This document shows, one piece after another, positions 56,569 to 64,000 of a stretch of DNA of 64,000 nucleotides (the first letter of the stretch is position 1; each line of letters opens with the position of its first letter). The notes under the pieces are model-generated. The model had not been told where the DNA came from and searched no databases. It was given only the letters and a program-made list of their open reading frames with translations. The stretch is from positions 28,334,001 through 28,398,000 of the forward strand of contig OZ281495.1 of assembly GCA_965637545.1 (NCBI GenBank), in the 5' to 3' direction. Source of the DNA: Phallusia mammillata (lineage: Eukaryota). Made by a program: the position numbers and the translations under genes.

Positions 56569-57042
56569 TTACGAAACCACGCATAATCCGGCGCCCAAAT
56601 CAATTGCCATTCCAGTGGCCACGCCCACAAAACTACCACCAACTTCGGCTGCCACGCCCCCTACCACTTCTGCACCAGCAGTCGTTGCAGCCCCGGCGGC
56701 AGCTTCGGCTACGACCTCTACAGCACTGCTAGTTGCAATCTCAGCAGCTACGTTGCCTGTAGTAGCAGCACATGCAGTTCCTTCAGATGCTTCAGCTACC
56801 GCTATTTTAGCGTCGGTTTTGAACAGTCTTGCAAGGTTTTTAAAAGTTTTCGTTTCTATGATTCGATCAACAAGTAACGTGCCAGCAACTTTTTTGGTAA
56901 TTCCCTTTGTCTCATCTTCTGCAAAGTCCTGTTTCCAGTGATCCGACGTTGGTGCATTTTCTGTTGGTTTTTCTTGAGTTTCCGCAACGTCTATGTCTTT
57001 GCTAGAGCTATCATGGTTCTTGTTCTCATTTTCCTTTTCCAT
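56569..57042 (-). CDS. Orphan 157-aa protein: charged N-terminus, Ala/Glu/Thr-rich middle, Gly-rich hydrophobic C-terminus ending CVVS
   Basis: Uninterrupted ORF from MEKENENK, higher GC than its flanks, with a splice acceptor ~30 nt upstream (57072-57071). No family recognised. Confidence 0.6.
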   Translation of the reverse strand: MEKENENKNHDSSSKDIDVAETQEKPTENAPTSDHWKQDFAEDETKGITKKVAGTLLVDRIIETKTFKNLARLFKTDAKIAVAEASEGTACAATTGNVAAEIATSSAVEVVAEAAAGAATTAGAEVVGGVAAEVGGSFVGVATGMAIDLGAGLCVVS

Positions 57043-60000
57043 GACCACATAAAGGTTTACAACAATTTTCCTAATATGTCGCTGATATAATGTTGTTGCG
57101 AATGACCATGAATTATGCATAATATACTTGATTTGTAAAAATATAAATAATTTATTACAGTATACACACTACTACAAACATATGCACATCTTATCACAAG
57201 TTGTATTAACCTAATCCCTTATGAAAACAATTAAAGCATCATGCCGGTATTTCTGCCAAAATCCTTTTCCTCTTTTAATATTTTTCTTGTTCGTAAAGTA
57301 AAACTGCAAAACGTAAGTACTATCTACCGTCACTGCTTCGTTATATAGTTGGCCAGATGTTCTCACTTTCCCCGTATGTGACCCGATTGATTGTTACCCC
57401 ACTGTTGCAGTGCTTATGCGGCGCTAGCACTTATGATTTAAAGCTGTCATTTACGTTAGAATCCTTTCAATGTGACATCAAAATCAATTTATTGCCCTTG
57501 TTAAGGCCCATTAACCAATTCAGACACTTAAGGGTTGATCATGTAATATTTTTTGTAACCCAATTACATCAGTTTATTCTCGATTGAAACCCAGTGTACG
57601 TTTTTTTTTGTGTTCTTATAATTTTGTTTCTGAGACCATTAAATTCTGTTTTCTGCTTTGCTAGCTATCAGGACCTGCAAACCTATTAATCGTAAATAGT
57701 AATTTAGCTTACCAAAATAGGTTTCAAAATCTTGATCAAAGGATTAACAAAATAGATTTTCAATCATAATAAACTTTTGTACCACGAGATGGTGCCCGAG
57801 AGCCGATAATTGTTTTGTAAAAATATATGCGCGGATTGCAACGTAACAGCAATGTTGGTGACATTACAATCCATTTTTTTTCAAAGTTAATCGACCATAT
57901 GCAACTCCAACATACTTATATGTTGATTTTACAATATTGATCACAAAAATCTCAATGGCAGCACAAGCAAATCGCTCTGTAGTGTTCTCTTATTTCCAAA
58001 ATGCCAATGACTAATTTGTCCCATATAAGCACAATAATTGGTACCAAAACGCTCTAATTACAACGCGACACAATGGAACCTATCTAATGACTTCGGTTCT
58101 CGGTGAAAAGTTTCTGCGAGGCGTGTTTATTCATGCGTATAACACCTCGGGGTATTTCCCAAAGAGCAGCGCGAGGAAGATGTTATCAGACAAACACCCT
58201 CGACTGTTGCGGCAGACGTGGCTAGTTGTTAGTTGAAGAGATTGTTCAGGGCTAAGATTCTATTTCGCACGTCAGTTAAACAGCAGCTTTTGTTCATTGT
58301 GGGTATAATTGCTTGCAAATTGTGTAGCTAATGAGCTAGAAACGCATAGAAACGTACAGACAAGACGAATAAACAAATCTTTCCTTAGGAAGGTAGTTGT
58401 TGGACGAAACTGATTTTTAAGTTAGGTGCTTGGGAATTTATGCATAGTATAAGCTTAAGTAAGTTCATCTTGTTTGAGTTAAGCACTGCAAATCAAACAC
58501 AAGGAGCTTACAATTCAACATTAAACGTTTTGTTGCCTGTTGCGGTATAATCGGTGTTAACCAATATTAGGGAGTAAGGGGGCTTCGTACCTGCACCGCC
58601 ATTACAAAGCGTTGTTTGTCAAAAGCTAAATGCGCTTGTGGACAACCTTGCTGGTGTGTATAGGCGTAAAACAACTGCAATTAATTGCATGTTATTTCTG
58701 AAGAGTTTTAACTGCCATGAAATTTGTTGAGTAGTTAAGTATTTTGCCTGTTGTAAGAAAATATAGCGACAATATAGTTTATGAAAACAATTAAAACAAG
58801 GTGTGCATCACCGTTGTGTCTTGGTTAACAAATGTGTAAAACAGAGAGCGAATCTTTAAGCGAATGCAAATAACTAATTGTTGGTTGGCGTGATGTGAAA
58901 CCGGATCAACGGGTTTAATGTTTCTTTGAAGACGTGTATTTGAAAAAGCATTACTTCTCTGTACAAAATAAGAGTTTAATATGCAATTGCAAACCAAGAA
59001 AAGAACTCCATGTGACAAAACTACCAAAATGAATGGCAACGCTTGATATCGACAGAATGTTAAAAACAACTCACAATTTCTCCGACGTCATAATTGCGAA
59101 CGTTGCAATTAAAGATTACGCGACATTTTGGACGGTGAGCCAAAGTAAGGGCATGCTAATGAGAAAGTGTGCGTTGTGCTACGAAATCGTCCCGTAGTGT
59201 TTACCGTAACATTGGCGAGCGGTCATGAGGGAAACTATTTACGGATGTCTGCTGACTTTGCAAATTTCTACGATTTTGTTTTTGTTTTCATTGAAAACAT
59301 GTTTTACTGCAACATTGCGCAATACACTAATTGCACGCCATGTTTAATACTTGAAAGGAAAACAACCCTCTTCTCACAAAACAGTATCTAAGATTTATTT
59401 CAATATCTGTACATTACCTTTTAAAACCGTTGAATTCCGGGTACTTGTCTTTTATACCTTTGCTGCGCTATAAACGTATGCAAGTTTCATATGCAACAAA
59501 CGCATGATAACCGCTTTACGAAAGATACAACAACGAGTTGGACTTTAAAGGTCTTTATACCACAGATACTGCTTTGGTTAAGCGTACTTGGGTTTGAGGA
59601 TTAACGCGATGTAGTCAAGCGTTCAATGTCTAAACTTACCGCTATTTTAGTTTAAGGGGGTAACGTTAAAAACAAACCGCAGTTTGTTGGGGTTTTAACT
59701 CGCACTATGTATGGACAAGTTGTCCTCTGTCCTCTAAACAAGTTTGTCCTTCAAGGTTCCGTGGTGCGTCTTTTTTAATGCACACGTCAAGTAAACCTTG
59801 CCTGACTTTTTTCGGAAATTAGAGTTGTGAAGGCGATCAGGGATTTTTGATTGCGATTTACTAATAATTGTCTAGCATATCTCACAATAGTGAAACAGCT
59901 CTTTTGCGGCTGACACACTGTTTTGAACTGTTAGGTCTCATTACTTGGGAGAATTTTAAATTTATTCTTGGGAATGTCAGAACGATTTGATAACAAGCGA

Positions 60001-61108
60001 GAAATCAGAAATTCCTTTATCTGAAATTCGCGGTTTAGGATAAGCAATCAAATCATTCCTGGTAATGTTTAGCCTGCTCCAGTTTTGCTTATGAAATGCT
60101 GTCAGCCAACCAGACTTCCCATGTGTTATCATACACCTAAATATGAACTTACCTTCAGCTACTGACGTATATGGTTACCTATGTTTGTTTGAGTGCAGAC
60201 GCCCAAAAGTATTTGAACTACCACCAACGACCAACATATTCATGAGTAACCGGTCTTATCGTTCAAATCAGCTTCAAACTGGTTAGATTTGTTGAGAAAC
60301 GGCCAAGCGGTACGCATTGGTGACACAGCGAATATAAGTCTGTAAATAAATCTACGCACATATATCGCTGCGTGACGTCAAATGTACTTGGGGATTTTTG
60401 ACAGTTCACCGCTTTTCAACCGGGCGCGACGACCAGCGGATTGATGCCTAACAACACAAATATTAGACGTAAGGTCCGATACAAAACAATCGCTGAAATA
60501 ATGGAAAACATTGACAGGTTTGGTGTAACCTGTTTTAAAAATAAACGCCATAACTGGAGTTTTGTTCATAGCGTTAAGCATCGTCTGCTCTTTTTGAAAG
60601 CTTCACAGTGAGAAAGACAAAAGAAACAGCAAAACAACTCCCCTTGCGGAGGTTTTCTTTAGAAACTTAAAATAGGTTTGTGTGCAACTGTGAGTTCCGC
60701 TGTTGTTTGTACTTGGCAGATGTGTTGCATAAACTCTAAGTTAAATCTTGACGTCTTGTGCAATCTGTCGCGTGGTATTTTGTATTTTAAACTTTTGCTC
60801 GCTTTGTGAACGACAGTTGACACGCAGCGCATGCCTGCAATTACAGGACTGACCAAGTCGAAAATGTTAGCAAACGTTTTTCTGTCTTATCGTAACTTTT
60901 CACAGTTACGGAAAAGGCTTAAGGCAGCACAGGTCCATGAGATAGCAAGCAATATATAGTGCAAGCGGAGATGTTGACAAAAATGTAGCAGAAGTGTTTA
61001 ATCAGCTCATTGTTGTTTTAGAGAAGCTGCTGTTTTGTTCCAGAATAAATTGAATTTTTGTCATATTCTATGACAACAAACACAAATCTGTTGTGGACAT
61101 GATTTAAA

Positions 61109-63901
61109 ATGGAATTAAACACGACTTCAGCCGGACAATTGCCAAACACTACAACTGCAAACCCAGATACATATGCCCCAATTTACGCCTTAAAGATATT
61201 AGAAGTCGTTTATCTCTCTTTCATCACTGTGATCGGTACCATTGGAAACCTACTGGTCATTTTTTCGATTATTTATGCCAAAAGAGTTCACAAAAGCGGA
61301 AACTTGTTCATTATAAACTTAGCAGTGGCTGATCTCATTGTAAGTATTTATTCGTTTGTTTTCCGCCGTTTTTTAGTGTACTATTACTGTTAATCTTTTT
61401 ACAGGTGACTGGATTTTATCTTCCCACTGTAATTGCGAACGTTATTGCGGGTGGCAATGCACTTCCAAACGCGGCCTGTCAAGTGGCAGCATATCTTATT
61501 ACTGTTTCCTGCGTCTGTTCAGTCTCCAATCTCACCTGTATCGCCATAAACAGGTACAAAGTTATGTAGTTGTTGTTTACTGCATTCAACGTACCGAACA
61601 AACATATTGTTTTGTTTTTCTTGTGTTAAGCTATTTTACAACGTAAGTAAGGATAAAGCATCGAGATATAGATCATAAAAGTCGTCCGTGTGTTTTCTGT
61701 CGGTCAACCTAGCTCAACCCAGGCTTTATTTAGCAATTTGTTGCAGTTTATAGATACACGTGTCTTGTGTTCCACGCATTTGCGCCTATTTTTGTCTGCA
61801 GTTTAGCATATGGTCTATAGGTTTCCGTATTAGTTCGTGACAGCGTTCGCCTTAGGGTAGTGTACCTGCGTGATATAAGTATGCAAATGTGTTTTTGTTT
61901 TTCAAAAAAAGGCGTACATTTAATGCGTGAGGTTAAATTAGTATTTACGGTCGAAACTTTTGTTCGTTTGCAAAAGTTACCTCCGTTTTTGATATAATTG
62001 TTTGAAAAAAGGCGATTTTTGTGGACTTTGAGGAGAATTATAACAATACGTACAAACTATTAATAACATTCTGAGAAAAAATGGAACTAAGTTGTTTTCT
62101 TTAGAAATGTGTTTTTCAACTTTTTTTTTCCATTTCCTTCACAGTATATGGGTCCACTTTTTGTTCTAAACATTTGTAAACGTAGGCGAATAATTAAATA
62201 TTTTAAAGGTCATTGTGGTTAACATATGATTTAAACGAAAGGCGTCGACTTAAACTGACAACATCTAATTTGTGATGCGATAAACTCGCAGAAATTACAC
62301 GTGCAAAATGTTTGTCACGAAAAAGAATTGCAGCCAACAAACGACTGCCCTAGGCAAAGGCATTAAAAAATCTTGTTATACCACGAGGAGCAAAACTGGT
62401 ATTACCACGAGGCTCTTGGTTTAAGTTGGTTTTCTTGCGTGTATCCAATTAAAAGCTGCTGTCCTGATCGATTTTGTCCACTTATTTCGTAATGGCCTTT
62501 TGGGGTAGCGTTTTTTAAAGTTTAAACAGGTGCAGAGTCCTAGAATGTAGATTGCTGATTCATACAAACCAGTATATATCCCCGTACCGTTTCCAAAGCT
62601 TTAAACGATTTCACGGGTGCTTCGATTTTCTGGCTTTTTTAATCCTTTCCTGAGGATTTATGGCCAGGGAATAGCCCTCCCCACTCCGAATGAAACACAG
62701 CTTGTGAATTTTTAATGTAACTAATTGCCCTCTTGTGCGTAGGTACCTGGTCATCGTGCACCCGTGCTGGTACGAAGCACATTACACGAAACGAAAGACT
62801 TTCCTCGCGGTCCTACTGGTCTGGATCTGGTCGAACTTTTTGACCTCGCCCACATTGTTCGGTTGGAGCGGCCTGGGGTAAGATCTCAATCTCAGTCTAA
62901 TGTGTTTTGTGTTTCTCAACACTTTTCTTAACACTTGGAAATGTATACATGATATACCTGTCCAATAGGCATTAATCTGCAAGTCCAATAAAACGCCAAA
63001 GCTTGTACTTTTTACAATCATACCGAGAGAAAATGTAAAATGTTACCAGGTTTCTAAAGTTTTTCTCTATTTTGGTAACACTAAAGTAAACTGTGAAAAC
63101 AAGTTTCTTTTTTTTGTAGTAGCTAGTTTTTTTAATTGTATAGCAAAGTGTGTTTCTTATAGTTTATTGCACGACGTGTAAAACTCCATCGTTCTAAATC
63201 CTTAAGTTTTTTTTTCGTTTGCAGTTACGACCCTAAAATGGTTGGCTGTGCGTGGGACGACCAGGCGGCCATAAGTTACAACGCTACTTTTATGACACTC
63301 GCTGTATTCGCTCCTCTAATTACTATATGCATCTGCTATGGGAGGTTATACAGGTGAGCTATGCGTTAATTTCAAAGATCCATCACCAATGTGCATGTAG
63401 AATTACACAAAGAATCATTGATATTTCACCACCAGAAAAAAGGATTTTCCCAGCAGAATTACATTTTGTAATAGGTTTACGGACGCCATCATACTGCTGT
63501 ACTGTGAAAACGTTGCTTAGTTTTATATGTAATAAAGCGTTATAAAAGCTTACAGCCATTAGCTGACAAGTAATTAGCTACAGAGTGTGTACAGTGTTTC
63601 GGCCAAGAACGTACCGCCTTTTTTTAAAAATTGTCGGTCACAACCAGTTTGAAGATTTGTCAGACATGTGACCTTAAATGATCTTTCTAGGTGCGTACGT
63701 AATCGTGGTCGGTGGATCCGAAGTTTTGCAGTCTCTCCCTCTAATGTGCTGCGCCAGGCCAAGGAGCGGCGATCCTTGCAGAAGGAAATCAACCTATTGA
63801 AGACCCTGGCTACGGCACTGGCCTTCTTCATTTTATGTTGGATGCCGTACGCCTTTAGCGTGACCTTTGACCCGAAGGGTATTCCCCACAAGTCCAAACA
63901 G
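61109..63901 (+). CDS. Melatonin-receptor-like orphan GPCR, copy 6 (partial; last exon beyond the window)
   Basis: Exons 61109-61339, 61405-61553, 62743-62877, 63225-63353, 63691-63901. Motifs NLAVADL, INRY, ECL2 YDPKMVGC, CWMPY; same intron positions and phases as copies 1-5. Confidence 0.88.
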
Positions 63902-64000
63902 GTTCGTAGCGCATAGCGTTTGTGAATGATTTGAAAACATTTTGCGTTGGGAAATTTTAACTTTAGCGGGTTTGGACGATGAGCAGCATTGTTTGAAGGA

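Noticed and set aside
56486-56941. Plus-strand mucin-like Ala/Thr/Pro ORF
   Set aside because: Best explained as the antisense shadow of the minus-strand orphan ORF, which has an ATG and an upstream acceptor; not formally excluded.
57350-61100. Short ORFs in the 3.7 kb upstream of GPCR copy 6
   Set aside because: All under 95 aa, with no motifs, consistent exon chain or repeat structure that I could support.

Overview
AT-rich, intron-containing animal genomic DNA with short GT-AG introns. It is probably an invertebrate chordate such as an ascidian; this is inferred from the vertebrate-like basigin and DCAF15 sequences, compact introns, and splice acceptors sitting just before start codons. 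Most ORF-track entries are exon fragments or antisense shadows, so the genes were rebuilt by hand from splice signals. Left to right: (1) 1-7251 (-), the 5' part of a signal-peptide gene with at least 19 Sushi/CCP domains, one symmetric phase-1 exon each, mostly in a ~1.1-kb four-exon higher-order repeat. (2) ~7.3-12.4 kb, a non-coding, nested ~4-kb imperfect palindrome (direct-inverted-direct triplication) studded with MITEs. (3) 13981-36182 (+), five tandem melatonin-receptor-like orphan class A GPCR genes (NRY and NFIIY motifs), one a pseudogene. (4) Intronless DCAF15 (-), SGF11/ATXN7L3 (-) and a divergently transcribed basigin/neuroplastin (+). (5) Two tandem PTGR1 genes (-): the downstream copy carries a young non-autonomous LTR-like element with identical 372-bp repeats, and the upstream copy has lost its C-terminal strand and stops in frame 6 nt before the next ATG. 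(6) An orphan 157-aa ORF ending in a CaaX motif. (7) A sixth, more divergent GPCR running off the right edge. No rRNA, tRNA or CRISPR array was found.
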